Positions 27,280 to 36,764 are shown, counted from the stretch's first letter. The stretch is 64,000 nucleotides of DNA from Parcubacteria group bacterium Gr01-1014_8 (GCA_007376385.1 VMGC01000002.1:1-64000); one strand, 5' to 3'. A program made the numbers and translations. The notes: a model not told the origin generated them from the sequence alone.

Positions 27280-29547
27280 ATGGCTATGCAAACAGATTCA
27301 TTTTTTTCGTCCATCTCACGATATGCGCTTATCGTACTTGTCGGACTTTTCCCATTTTTCTTTGTTCCTGGAGGAACGGTTATTGTGGCTCAAGGAAAGA
27401 TGCTCATCGCCACGCTCCTTGTTGCGATCGCTGGGGTCAGCTGGTGCGTAGCAGTGCTATTCGGCTCGTCTCGTATTCCCAGACATAGCGTTATCGCGCT
27501 TGCCGCGCTGCTTCCGATAGCGTATGCGATATCCGCAATTCTCTCTGGCTGGCCGACTTCCTCTATCGTAAGCGGAGTCGGCGTCCATGACACCGTCGTC
27601 TCGGCTGCGTTATATTTCGCTGCTCTGCTTGTGGGCGCGGCTGTATTTGCACATGCAACTAAAGGAATTGTCTGGTTTCTTCGCTCTTTGCTCGTGGGGA
27701 CGCTGGTATTAATGCTCTTTCAAGCAGTCAGACTTATGTGGCCGGAACCTTCTTCATTCGGGGTATTTCTAAATCAGGCAAGTACGGCGGCAGGCTCCTG
27801 GCATGACTTTGGCATAGTTCTCGGCCTATCGGTAATTCTCTCGCTGCTGCTTCTTCGCACGTCCGTTGCGCGGAGTTTGTTGTGGCGGGCATGCTTGTTC
27901 GTTACCGCGATCGCTGGCCTTATGTCGATGGTCATAGTGAATATGGCCGATATTTGGTATGTCTTTGGGGCGGTTTCTTTTCTTATCGCGATCTACGTAG
28001 CGTTTCGTCCGTTCGAGGGGAATACATTGCTGCAGATAGCGCTTTGGGTTCTGCTCGCCGCCGCTTCGGCTGCGCTGGGATATTTTGGCTCTCAAGTCTA
28101 CGCATATCTGCCTGCGCCGGTTCAGGTGGCGGCGGTAGAGGTTCGACCTTCGTGGGAGGGTACATTTGCGATCGGTCAGGAGGCGCTTGGAGAGTCTCGA
28201 ACGCTCTTTTTCGGTTCTGGTCCGAACTCTTTCAATCGAAGTTGGGCCCTTCACAAACCTACATCGGTGAACGCTACGGATTTTTGGGCGTTCGATTTTA
28301 ATGCAGGGGTTGGCGTGTTGCCGACTGCTTTCGTTACACTTGGCGTTTTTGGTCTTGCTGCCTGGCTACTCACGAGCGTGGGTTTTTTAGCGGCAATGTG
28401 GCGCATGTTTCGCCGCAAGGAGGGCAATGAATCAAGCATTGCATTCTCATTGGCCGCATCCGTACTCTTTTTGTTCATCTTTCATGTTATGTATGCGCCG
28501 GGTTTCGTGGCCTCGATGCTGCTTTTTATTCTGCTTGGACTTTTTGTTGCGACATCGCTGACTGTGCCGCGGGATCCAGTCGAACAAGTCTTCCGGGTGG
28601 AGGAGAACAGCGCATCAAAGATAGACATGATAGGCGCTGCTCTTGCAGCGATACTCATCGTAGTTATTTCCGGTGTATCAATGAGGGCGCTCGCCTCGGA
28701 CATGATGGTTAATAAGGCCGTAGTCGAATTTGCGAAGGATAGAGACTCGGGAGCAGCCAGCATGGCCATCGAACGCGCGCTCGTCATTTGGCCGTCGAAC
28801 GAACGCGCTCACCGCGCCGCAGTTGAACTCGGCGTGCTTAGCTTGTCCGAACAAGGTGCGAAAGCAAATGACCCGGAGGCGCAAGCTCGCCTTCAAGCAA
28901 CACTGACACAAGCTATTCAGCATGGTTTGTCTGCTGTTTCAATAGGTCGCACTGATTATCAAAACTGGCTGACACTTGCCCAGTTGTACCAGGAATTAGC
29001 AGGAGCAGGAGTGGGAGGGGCGTATGAGCAGGCGAGGGAGGCATATGCGACAGCAAGAGCCGAAAATCCAACAAATCCAGTTCCCGTCTTTCGGCTTGCG
29101 CAACTGGAAGCCGTGCAAGGGAATCGTGACGCGGCAATAGGGCTCTTAAAGGAGACAATACAGCTGAAGCAGAATTTTGCGGCTGCATACTATCTTATTT
29201 CGCAGCTGTATGCTGAAAAGCAGCAGTATCAAGAAGCGACAGAGGCATCGGCCATTGCGGTTCAGCTCGTACCGCAAGATCCCTTGGGCTGGTATAACCT
29301 GGGAACGATCCTCTATGCATCGAAACAGAACCGAGATGCTGCCGCGGCGTTTTCTCAGGCCATTACCTTGATGCCAAACTACTCGAACGCGATATTCATG
29401 CTCGCGCTCACCTACGCTCAGCTAGGAGAAACAGATAGCGCAGCCTTAACAATGGCGCGCGTTGCAGAGCTTAATCCGGATGATGCCGGCGTGCAGCGCA
29501 TGGTGGAGAATATAAAAGCGAAGAAAGATCCGTTTACTGGACTTTAA
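27280..29547 (+). CDS. polytopic membrane protein (O-antigen ligase/Wzy-like) with C-terminal TPR repeats
   Basis: 755-aa ORF. The N-terminal half has more than 10 TM helices. The C-terminus has TPR-like repeats (AYYLISQLYAEKQQYQEA..., GWYNLGTILYASKQNRDA...). Confidence 0.75.
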   Translation: MAMQTDSFFSSISRYALIVLVGLFPFFFVPGGTVIVAQGKMLIATLLVAIAGVSWCVAVLFGSSRIPRHSVIALAALLPIAYAISAILSGWPTSSIVSGVGVHDTVVSAALYFAALLVGAAVFAHATKGIVWFLRSLLVGTLVLMLFQAVRLMWPEPSSFGVFLNQASTAAGSWHDFGIVLGLSVILSLLLLRTSVARSLLWRACLFVTAIAGLMSMVIVNMADIWYVFGAVSFLIAIYVAFRPFEGNTLLQIALWVLLAAASAALGYFGSQVYAYLPAPVQVAAVEVRPSWEGTFAIGQEALGESRTLFFGSGPNSFNRSWALHKPTSVNATDFWAFDFNAGVGVLPTAFVTLGVFGLAAWLLTSVGFLAAMWRMFRRKEGNESSIAFSLAASVLFLFIFHVMYAPGFVASMLLFILLGLFVATSLTVPRDPVEQVFRVEENSASKIDMIGAALAAILIVVISGVSMRALASDMMVNKAVVEFAKDRDSGAASMAIERALVIWPSNERAHRAAVELGVLSLSEQGAKANDPEAQARLQATLTQAIQHGLSAVSIGRTDYQNWLTLAQLYQELAGAGVGGAYEQAREAYATARAENPTNPVPVFRLAQLEAVQGNRDAAIGLLKETIQLKQNFAAAYYLISQLYAEKQQYQEATEASAIAVQLVPQDPLGWYNLGTILYASKQNRDAAAAFSQAITLMPNYSNAIFMLALTYAQLGETDSAALTMARVAELNPDDAGVQRMVENIKAKKDPFTGL

Positions 29548-29603
29548 AAGCGGGCGATGGCTGCTGCGTAACTAGCATGATAGGGTGCATGCTCAAGGTT
29601 TAA

Positions 29604-31340
29604 GTGACGTCGGTCCAGAATAATTCCGCTATGATAGGAACGCTTAGAAGAGGACTCTCAATCACAGGCCGCGCGTTTGAGTTCCTTTCGCGTGAGGTTC
29701 GAGGGATGCATGCTGCAGCGTACATTCTCGGTTTTTCATCTCTTCTGTCGTCGCTGCTTGCACTTCTAAGAGACCGACTTCTTGCGCACACGTTCGGCGC
29801 GGGAATAGAACTCGACCTCTATTATGCAGCGTTCCGCATTCCTGACCTTTTGTTTGTCGCCATCGGCGCGCTCGTGTCCGCGTATGTGCTTATTCCGGTC
29901 CTCGCAACGCGAGACGAGACGGGTCAGCACCGATATATTGACGCCGTCGTCGTCGGATTTTCGATACTTGCTATAAGTGCAAGCGCACTGGCTGCGCTTG
30001 CAGCGCCCTGGCTTCTCGGTTGGTTCTTTCCATCGCTCGCGGCCGGCGCGACGTTTCCGACACTCATACTGCTCACCCGGATCTTATTGCTTCAGCCGAT
30101 ATTTCTAGGTTTCTCGAATATTCTTGCTGCAGTAACGCAGTCACGGCATCGATACGCACTCTATGCGGCCGCGCCCATCGTGTATAACGTCGGCATCATC
30201 TTGGGCATAATTCTTCTATATCCATTTTTTGGTCTCGCTGGTGTCGCGTGGGGTGTCGTCTTAGGCGCGCTCTTGCATGCGCTCATCCAAGTTCCATCCG
30301 TGATCCGCGATGGTTTTTTACGAGTTGAACCCCTCCGAGCGGAGCTGTGGGTCATTTTCGATACCGTTCGAATTTCTTTTCCGCGGGCGCTCGCACTTTC
30401 GATGAATCAGCTTGCTTTCCTAGGTTTGCTCATTATAGCGAGTTCTCTTACAACTGGTTCCATTTCTATTTTTATGTTTGCCTTCAACTTGCAGGCCGTC
30501 CCTCTCGCGATAATTGGCGCATCATACTCTGTCGCGGCGTTTCCGACGCTGGCAACGCTCTCTCGCAACGGTTCGGATGAATTCATGTCCTATGTTGCGA
30601 CAGCTGCACGGCACGTGTTGTTCTGGTCAATGCCGGTCCTGATGCTCATCATTGTCCTTAGGGCGCACGTCGTTCGCGTTGTCTTGGGGTCGGGGGAGTT
30701 CAACTGGATCGACACAAGGCTGACCGCTGCGGCACTCGCTCTATTCGCGATATCTCTTGCGGCACAGGGAATTATGCTGCTTCTTGTTCGCGCATATTAT
30801 GCTTCAGGCAAAACACTGGTCCCGCTCGTGGTTTCGGGGGCGAGCGCTCTCGCTGCTATCCTTCTCGGTCTTTTATTCCTTGGGGCATTTGATGACCCGA
30901 GTGCTCTTACATTCATTGAAGCATTGCTTCGGGTTGAATTCATACGAGGGACAGAGATCCTTGCGCTTCCGCTTGCGTATTCAATGGCATCACTGCTTGG
31001 GATAGTCATACTTGCCATTCACTTTGAGTTTTCCAACAGGGGTTTTTTTGTGTCTGTCGGTCGAGCGTTCGGTGAGAGTATTACTGCAGCGTTCGTGGGC
31101 GCAGTTGCGGCATATGGGACACTTGTTGTTCTCGGTACAGTAACATTTTCCTCGACACTCGCATCGGTCTTGATGCGGGGAGGGGTTGCCGGCCTTGTAG
31201 GCTTGCTCGCAACTGCGATCGCGTACGCGCTTCTCGGAAGCCGCGAATTTTCAGAAACAGTGCAATCGCTTTCCCGTCGAGTCTGGCGCAATGTTGAACC
31301 AGTATCATCTGCTGAAGCGACAGATGTATCGAGAGCGTAA
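29604..31340 (+). CDS. murJ: lipid II flippase MurJ (MviN)
   Basis: 578-aa polytopic membrane protein. LLALLRDRLLAHTFGAGIELDLYYAAFRIPDLLF matches the MurJ N-terminal signature. The true start may be a downstream Met. Confidence 0.85.
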   Translation: MTSVQNNSAMIGTLRRGLSITGRAFEFLSREVRGMHAAAYILGFSSLLSSLLALLRDRLLAHTFGAGIELDLYYAAFRIPDLLFVAIGALVSAYVLIPVLATRDETGQHRYIDAVVVGFSILAISASALAALAAPWLLGWFFPSLAAGATFPTLILLTRILLLQPIFLGFSNILAAVTQSRHRYALYAAAPIVYNVGIILGIILLYPFFGLAGVAWGVVLGALLHALIQVPSVIRDGFLRVEPLRAELWVIFDTVRISFPRALALSMNQLAFLGLLIIASSLTTGSISIFMFAFNLQAVPLAIIGASYSVAAFPTLATLSRNGSDEFMSYVATAARHVLFWSMPVLMLIIVLRAHVVRVVLGSGEFNWIDTRLTAAALALFAISLAAQGIMLLLVRAYYASGKTLVPLVVSGASALAAILLGLLFLGAFDDPSALTFIEALLRVEFIRGTEILALPLAYSMASLLGIVILAIHFEFSNRGFFVSVGRAFGESITAAFVGAVAAYGTLVVLGTVTFSSTLASVLMRGGVAGLVGLLATAIAYALLGSREFSETVQSLSRRVWRNVEPVSSAEATDVSRA

Positions 31341-31393
31341 TGCTGTAGCGATGATGCCACTCATGGGGTATAACCTGTGTGGGACTCACACAT

Positions 31394-31427
31394 ATGAACA
31401 TTCGAAACTTTTCCATCATTGCGCACC
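31394..31427 (+). repeat. decayed duplicate #1 of the lepA 5' end (encodes MNIRNFSIIAH)
   Basis: ATGAACATTCGAAACTTTTCCATCATTGCGCAC compared with the real start ATGGCAAACATAAGAAATTTTTCGATAATAGCGCAC. Confidence 0.7.
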
Positions 31428-31454
31428 CCAGTACCACGACGCTTCGCGTCGGCT

Positions 31455-31494
31455 ACCTGCCTGCGCCGAGGCGTCGGCAGGCAGGCGGGGGCAT
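31455..31494 (+). repeat. GC-rich REP-like palindrome
   Basis: cctgcctgcgccgaggcgtcggcaggcagg. The outer 9 bp are perfectly complementary. It is related to the palindromes at about 55925-55951 and 57310-57336. Confidence 0.6.
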
Positions 31495-31506
31495 GCATTG
31501 ACCACT

Positions 31507-31538
31507 ATGAGTATTAGGAATTTTTCCATAATTGCACC
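31507..31538 (+). repeat. decayed duplicate #2 of the lepA 5' end (encodes MSIRNFSIIAP)
   Basis: ATGAGTATTAGGAATTTTTCCATAATTGCACC. Confidence 0.7.
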
Positions 31539-31719
31539 TATCGTCGCCGCAACCGCGGCTCCTTGGAGAACAATGATGTGGGGCATCATTGTTCCGGTTT
31601 CCTGCGGGTTTTTCCAGGGCGGGAAAACTTCTGAAAAGCTCCTTTACCCGCTTTTCAGTCCCTCGCCCTTTCGAACAATGTGTGCACAACATGCGATTGT
31701 ATTTCCACTTAGCTAGTCT

Positions 31720-33501
31720 ATGGCAAACATAAGAAATTTTTCGATAATAGCGCACATTGATCACGGGAAAAGTACTCTTGCCGACAGGATGCTCGAATTG
31801 ACCGGTACCATTGAGGCGCGGCGAATGCAGGACCAGGTTCTGGACAAAATGGACCTAGAGCGCGAACGAGGCATTACCATCAAAATGGCGCCGGTGCGCA
31901 TGCAGTGGAAAAAGGATTCTACGGACTTTGTGCTTAATCTCATAGACACGCCTGGGCACGTGGACTTTTCGTATGAGGTGTCCAGAGCGCTTACGGCAGT
32001 CGAAGGCGTTATTTTGCTCGTTGATGCGACGCAGGGGGTGGAAGCTCAAACACTGTCCGTACTTGCTGTCGCGAAGCAGTTGGGGCGCGTTATCATTCCG
32101 GTCGTATCGAAGATAGATGCTCCACATGCACGCAGAGCCGACATTACGACGGAGCTCGCCATGCTTCTTGGCATCGAAGAATCGCAGGTACTAGGATGTT
32201 CGGGTAAAACGGGGGAGGGCGTTGTAGAGCTTCTCGATGCAGTTGTGGCTCGGATACCTCCACCGCAAACGATAGGTATTGGAGCGCAGGGTTTGATATT
32301 TGATTTCGGATATTCAGACCACCGCGGCATTATCGTGTATCTGCGCATCTTTGGAGGACAATTCAAAAAAGGAGATTATTTGCGCTTTGTCGCTGCGGAC
32401 GCGGATTTCATAGCGCTTGAGGTCGGTGTATTAACACCTGGCGAGACGCCCCGCGAATCGTTAGGCGAAGGGGAGATAGGCTACATCGTGACAGGAATAA
32501 AAAAGCCTGGCATAGCGTCTGTTGGTGACACCATCACGCAAGCAAAACGCCCTGCAGAGGCACTGCATGGCTACCAGGCGCCTACTCCGGTTATATGGGC
32601 GAGCGTGTACCCTGAATCGCAAGATGACCTTACCATGCTGCGTCAGTCGCTCGATAAATTGAAGTTGTCGGATTCGTCGCTTTCGTACGAAGAGGAATCA
32701 TCCGGCGTGATGGGCCGAGGGTTCCGCTGCGGTTTTTTAGGGATGCTCCATTTGGAGATAATCATCGAGCGCCTTAAACGCGAATTTAATATGGCGCTTG
32801 TAGTAACGCAGCCAACGACAGTGTATGAAATAACGAAGATGAACGGGAATGTAGAGGAAATATATGCGCCAGCGAAGTTTCCCGATGATGGGACGACAAA
32901 GTTAGTGCGGGAAAAATGGGCGAGCGTGACCATACTCACGCCGCCTTCGTATATCGGAAGCATTTCGCAGCTCCTGTATGACCATGAAGCTTCCGTGGGA
33001 CATACTGAAACGCTGCCGGATGGCAAAGTCGAACTTCATTCGGAAATGCCATTGCGGGAGCTGATGCGGGGTTTTTTTGATAAGTTGAAAAGCGCGTCGT
33101 CAGGATTTGCGTCGCTATCCTACGAAATACTGGGCCTTCGCGAGGCGAATGTTGTCAGACTCGATGTGTTGGTGGCGGAGGAAATGGTCCCTGCTTTCTC
33201 GCGCATTGTATCAAAGCGGCGTATCAATACCGAAGCAGAAACTCTCGTAGATAAGCTTGAAGAGCTTTTGCCCCGACAATTGTTCGAGTTAAAGATCCAA
33301 GCGAAGGCAAAAGGGAGGATCATTGCTTCGCGTCGTAAATCGGCGATGCGAAAAGATGTGACGGGTTATCTGTATGGCGGGGACATCACACGAAAGATGA
33401 AATTGTTGGAAAAACAGAAAAAAGGGAAGAAGAAAATGCTTGCACGCGGTAAGGTGGACATTCCAAACGAGGTCTTTTTAAAGGTCGTAAGAGAAAGCTA
33501 G
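31720..33501 (+). CDS. lepA: translation elongation factor 4 (LepA)
   Basis: 593-aa ORF with a GTPase domain (NFSIIAHIDHGKSTL, DTPGHVDF) and LepA-specific C-terminal domains. Confidence 0.95.
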   Translation: MANIRNFSIIAHIDHGKSTLADRMLELTGTIEARRMQDQVLDKMDLERERGITIKMAPVRMQWKKDSTDFVLNLIDTPGHVDFSYEVSRALTAVEGVILLVDATQGVEAQTLSVLAVAKQLGRVIIPVVSKIDAPHARRADITTELAMLLGIEESQVLGCSGKTGEGVVELLDAVVARIPPPQTIGIGAQGLIFDFGYSDHRGIIVYLRIFGGQFKKGDYLRFVAADADFIALEVGVLTPGETPRESLGEGEIGYIVTGIKKPGIASVGDTITQAKRPAEALHGYQAPTPVIWASVYPESQDDLTMLRQSLDKLKLSDSSLSYEEESSGVMGRGFRCGFLGMLHLEIIIERLKREFNMALVVTQPTTVYEITKMNGNVEEIYAPAKFPDDGTTKLVREKWASVTILTPPSYIGSISQLLYDHEASVGHTETLPDGKVELHSEMPLRELMRGFFDKLKSASSGFASLSYEILGLREANVVRLDVLVAEEMVPAFSRIVSKRRINTEAETLVDKLEELLPRQLFELKIQAKAKGRIIASRRKSAMRKDVTGYLYGGDITRKMKLLEKQKKGKKKMLARGKVDIPNEVFLKVVRES

Positions 33502-33505
33502 GTCT

Positions 33506-33634
33506 TTATGCAACGAGCAGGTTGATGACGCCTGGTGCGAAGAAAAATACCATGCCGAGGGCAATGATGACCGCCAATATACCCCAGACGAATTTCATTA
33601 CGCGTCGTGTTTTATGATGGAAAAGAAAGCTCAT
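33506..33634 (-). CDS. possible 42-aa single-TM membrane protein
   Basis: MSFLFHHKTRRVMKFVWGILAVIIALGMVFFFAPGVINLLVA has a hydrophobic core. It is below the ORF-track cutoff. Confidence 0.3.
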   Translation of the reverse strand: MSFLFHHKTRRVMKFVWGILAVIIALGMVFFFAPGVINLLVA

Positions 33635-33676
33635 GTGTTTATTGCCTAAATTTTAAGAATGGTAGGATTATAGCCT

Positions 33677-34051
33677 ATGCGGCCGTTCCTTGAAAGGAAA
33701 GATCCGGTTCGACTTTTGCGGCGGCGGCTCCTCATAGTTTGTCTTCTTCTGCTGATCGCGGTCACGGTGCGAGGTGTCTGGGGAGTCTATAAAAAAGAAC
33801 ACGAATCAAGAGTGCTTCGGGATGAAGCGGAGATACAATTGGCAGACCTTCGAGCACGCGAAGCTTCATTGCGGGGAGATATTTCCAAGCTTAAGAGTGA
33901 TAGAGGAATGGAGGAAGTGCTTAGAGAAGAATATGAACTTGCGAAGCATGGCGAGGGGCTTATCGTCATAGTAGAGCCAAATGCCTCCCTTCCGGATGAG
34001 AAATCTCGAACAATGGAATGGTTGCACAGGGCTCTGCCGTGGTGGTATTGA
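33677..34051 (+). CDS. septum formation initiator (FtsB/DivIC-like)
   Basis: It has an N-terminal TM segment followed by a coiled coil (EIQLADLRAREASLRGDISKLKSD) and RG.EE.LREEY motifs. Confidence 0.55.
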   Translation: MRPFLERKDPVRLLRRRLLIVCLLLLIAVTVRGVWGVYKKEHESRVLRDEAEIQLADLRAREASLRGDISKLKSDRGMEEVLREEYELAKHGEGLIVIVEPNASLPDEKSRTMEWLHRALPWWY

Positions 34052-34306
34052 GGACGCTCGATGACCATACTTCTTTCGGGCACGTGATTTTCCTGCTAGA
34101 AAATCACTCAAATCCTCGCCCGTCGGCTGCGGGGTCCCTCCAGAAGTATGGCCACGCTCGCTTAGAGTAGTCAATGCAAAAAAAGTCTTACATTTGGCGG
34201 CAAAACAACTTATAGTTACATCAGTAAGCTCTGGATTAGTATAGAAGTTAAGGAATCCGTTTTGCGGGCGTAGTTTAGTGGCTCTGTTTTGGATTGCGGC
34301 CGGTGT

Positions 34307-34378
34307 GCGGGATTGGTTCAGTGGTAGAACGACTGCTTCCCAAGCAGTAGACACGAGTTCAATTCTCGTATCCCGCAC
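34307..34378 (+). tRNA. tRNA-Gly (anticodon CCC)
   Basis: Acceptor GCGGGAT/ATCCCGC, D-arm GTTCAGTGGTAGAAC, anticodon loop TTCCCAA, T-arm ACGAGTTCAATTCTCGT. Confidence 0.85.
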
Positions 34379-34534
34379 AGCGACCGCAAAAAATGAAAAG
34401 CTCCTTAAACCGCTTTTCATTCCCTCGCATTAGAAAGGGGTTCGATTCCCCTCGCCCGCACAAAAAATGTCCACAGGGCGCTTAACCAAGGCGTGGTATA
34501 CTGTCTTTCCTTATAAATAATTGTCTGTAACGTT

Positions 34535-34777
34535 ATGGCGGCGCAACCACAGGTAACAATTTATTCGACTCCGACGTGTCATTTTTGCCGTGAAGCAAAG
34601 AATTTTTTCGATGACAACAAGGTCGCCTACACAGACTACAATGTCGCATCGGATATGGTGAAGCGAAAGGAAATGATACAAAAAAGCGGTCAAATGGGAG
34701 TGCCCGTGATCTATATCGGCGACAAACTCGTTGTCGGATACGATCAGGATCAACTTAAGCAATTGCTTAACCTCTAA
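34535..34777 (+). CDS. glutaredoxin-like protein (NrdH/Grx family)
   Basis: 80-aa ORF. TIYSTPTCHFCREAK has the CxxC active site, and GVPVIYIGDKLVVGYD is the Grx C-terminal motif. Confidence 0.85.
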   Translation: MAAQPQVTIYSTPTCHFCREAKNFFDDNKVAYTDYNVASDMVKRKEMIQKSGQMGVPVIYIGDKLVVGYDQDQLKQLLNL

Positions 34778-34810
34778 TTCTTTCGTGGAAAGTTTGCTAC
34801 AGTGCGGTCA

Positions 34811-34883
34811 CCCCGCGTAGTTCAATGGATCAGAACGGACCCGTCCTAAGGGCCTGATCTCGGTTCGATTCCGGGCGCGGGGA
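34811..34883 (+). tRNA. tRNA-Arg (probable anticodon CCU)
   Basis: Acceptor CCCCGCG/CGCGGGG, D-arm GTTCAATGGATCAGAAC, T-arm CTCGGTTCGATTCCGGG. The anticodon stem has one A-C mismatch, so the isotype call is tentative. Confidence 0.6.
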
Positions 34884-34968
34884 ATAGTGTGTGGATAATC
34901 GATTCTGTCCGGCCTGAAAGGTACTGTACAATGGCGGGTAGCGATATATTAAATAATTATTCATACCT

Positions 34969-35196
34969 ATGAAAAAGCATCTATTGAAGTGTTGGTTGTG
35001 GAAAGCATTGTGGGCGCTCAGCGTGATTGCGTTCGTGCTTGCGTGGGTGAGCGTGATCCGGCGCGCACCGATAGGTCAGTTTGATCCGCTGTTCTTGTTC
35101 TGGAATGCGCTTATTCTCGGAGTTCTTGCAGTTCCAATAAAGTTAGATTGTCAGACATGTGAGACATGCACGGTGCCCGCTCCTCGGCAGATGTGA
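34969..35196 (+). CDS. small membrane protein (75 aa)
   Basis: It has two TM segments and a CQTCETC tail. Confidence 0.4.
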   Translation: MKKHLLKCWLWKALWALSVIAFVLAWVSVIRRAPIGQFDPLFLFWNALILGVLAVPIKLDCQTCETCTVPAPRQM

Positions 35197-35199
35197 GCC

Positions 35200-35517
35200 A
35201 TGCAGATAGACGACTTGGATAGAACAGAGCTGGAACAGATATTGAAGCTTACGAAGGAGAATAATCGCATGCTGCATGCGATGAGGCGCAACGCGTGGCT
35301 GGGCGGTATCTTTAAGGTCTTGCTTTGGGCGGGACTTATCATTATCCCGTTCTGGCTGTATATGCAATATCTCGCGCCTGTTATGCAGAGCGCGATGGAC
35401 ACCATGGATCAGCTGCAGGGAACCGGTGCCAAAGCTCAAGCGCAATTCAGTGACCTCAATAACGCGATGCAGAAGCTTCAGGATCTGTACCCGCAATATT
35501 TTCAGAGTAAACAGTGA
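35200..35517 (+). CDS. hypothetical membrane protein (105 aa)
   Basis: It starts one codon after the in-frame TGA of the previous ORF and has one TM helix. Confidence 0.5.
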   Translation: MQIDDLDRTELEQILKLTKENNRMLHAMRRNAWLGGIFKVLLWAGLIIIPFWLYMQYLAPVMQSAMDTMDQLQGTGAKAQAQFSDLNNAMQKLQDLYPQYFQSKQ

Positions 35518-35758
35518 AGCGCGAGCTTCACTTTTAAGAACCCACGGTTCTCAACGCTCGCTCTGCTCACTGCTCTCCTCCTCGGGAAAACTACAGTTTT
35601 CCCGACCCCTTTCGAACTCGCTTTACCTTATTCAAGGCTAAGAACATAGATGGCAAGCGAGGTAGATGGTATAGTGCCTCACGCGCCTGGATATATGTGT
35701 ATCCAGTCGTCGCTCGGAGAAAATGCAAAAGCGAGCTTCCGCATTTTGCTCCTTGTTA

Positions 35759-35832
35759 GCCTGGATAGCTCAGGTAGTCAGAGCATTCCCCTGAAGAGGG
35801 AAGGGTGGTCAGTGCAAGTCTGACTCCAGGCA
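35759..35832 (+). tRNA. tRNA-Phe (anticodon GAA)
   Basis: Acceptor GCCTGGA/TCCAGGC, D-arm GCTCAGGTAGTCAGAGC, anticodon loop CTGAAGA. The T-loop is unusual (TGCAAGT). Confidence 0.75.
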
Positions 35833-35836
35833 CAAT

Positions 35837-36247
35837 CTACTTCTCTTCTTTTAGGATCTCACTTTCAACGAGAGCTATGGCTGTCGCCATGGGAATGCCA
35901 ATTGCGGTAAAACGTCCTATGAGCCAACCTCTGTGCTGATCCCGAAAAGCCTCGACGATCTCAGGCGCTTCGTTGGAAGATCCATATTTTTCCATAGTTC
36001 GTCGGTGATGTTCCTTTGTTTCCCGTAACGTCGTTTCAAAATCCTCGTTCGCCTTTTCAAGCGCCCTGTCGTCGTCAACTGGGTAACCCATGTTGATAAT
36101 ATCTTGCACGATTTTTGCACGGATCCCCGTAAGAGGTTGGCCAGTACCGTATATGGCGACGTTTTTTAGCTCCTTTGCCCTACGTTCCTCGGGCGCCTCT
36201 GCTTTTTCTGGGGCTTGCGTTCTTGTGGGGGTAAGCTCATCGTCCAT
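35837..36247 (-). CDS. hypothetical protein
   Basis: 136-aa acidic ORF in the coding-dense minus-strand block. Confidence 0.55.
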   Translation of the reverse strand: MDDELTPTRTQAPEKAEAPEERRAKELKNVAIYGTGQPLTGIRAKIVQDIINMGYPVDDDRALEKANEDFETTLRETKEHHRRTMEKYGSSNEAPEIVEAFRDQHRGWLIGRFTAIGIPMATAIALVESEILKEEK

Positions 36248-36251
36248 GTTC

Positions 36252-36746
36252 TTATCTGCTTCTCACTTTCAACTTCGTCTGCCTCTTCTTGTTTATTTTT
36301 GGCAATCGGATCATCAAGATCCCGTGCTTTTCTGATGCCTCAGCAAGCTCTACATCTACCTCCTCTGGCAAGAGAATGGTTCGTGAAAATGAGCCCCAGT
36401 AAAGCTCTCGTTGGAAATAGTTGTCCTCCTCAACCTCACGCTCGTCTTCTCGGGTGCCGCTGATGGTAAGCATCTCGCGGGTTAGGGAGATATCAATGGA
36501 TGTAGGCTGCACTCCGGCAACAAGAGCCTTTACCACTATGGCATCCGGCGTTTGATACACATCTACTGCCAACTCACCCCCTTCCTCCGCCTCTCCTAAG
36601 TCGCCTTGGTCGCCAGTAGTGACGTGGGCGTGGCGCTGAGAGCCGCTGCCAGTGAACTTTACATGTTCTGCCTGCGGGTCATCAAAATAGTCATCGTATT
36701 GGTCACCTGCGCCCGTTAGTCTCGCGAAAAATGAGGGTTTTTTCAT
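36252..36746 (-). CDS. Hsp20/alpha-crystallin family small heat-shock protein
   Basis: It has an alpha-crystallin domain (AVDVYQTPDAIVVKALVAGV...GILMIRLPK). Confidence 0.85.
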   Translation of the reverse strand: MKKPSFFARLTGAGDQYDDYFDDPQAEHVKFTGSGSQRHAHVTTGDQGDLGEAEEGGELAVDVYQTPDAIVVKALVAGVQPTSIDISLTREMLTISGTREDEREVEEDNYFQRELYWGSFSRTILLPEEVDVELAEASEKHGILMIRLPKINKKRQTKLKVRSR

Positions 36747-36764
36747 GTGTCTCCAAGCTTAATT

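Noticed and set aside
31291-31716. 141-aa ORF spanning the murJ-lepA spacer
   Set aside because: It is made of the lepA pseudo-start duplicates and palindromic repeats read in frame. It is more likely non-coding repeat DNA than a gene.
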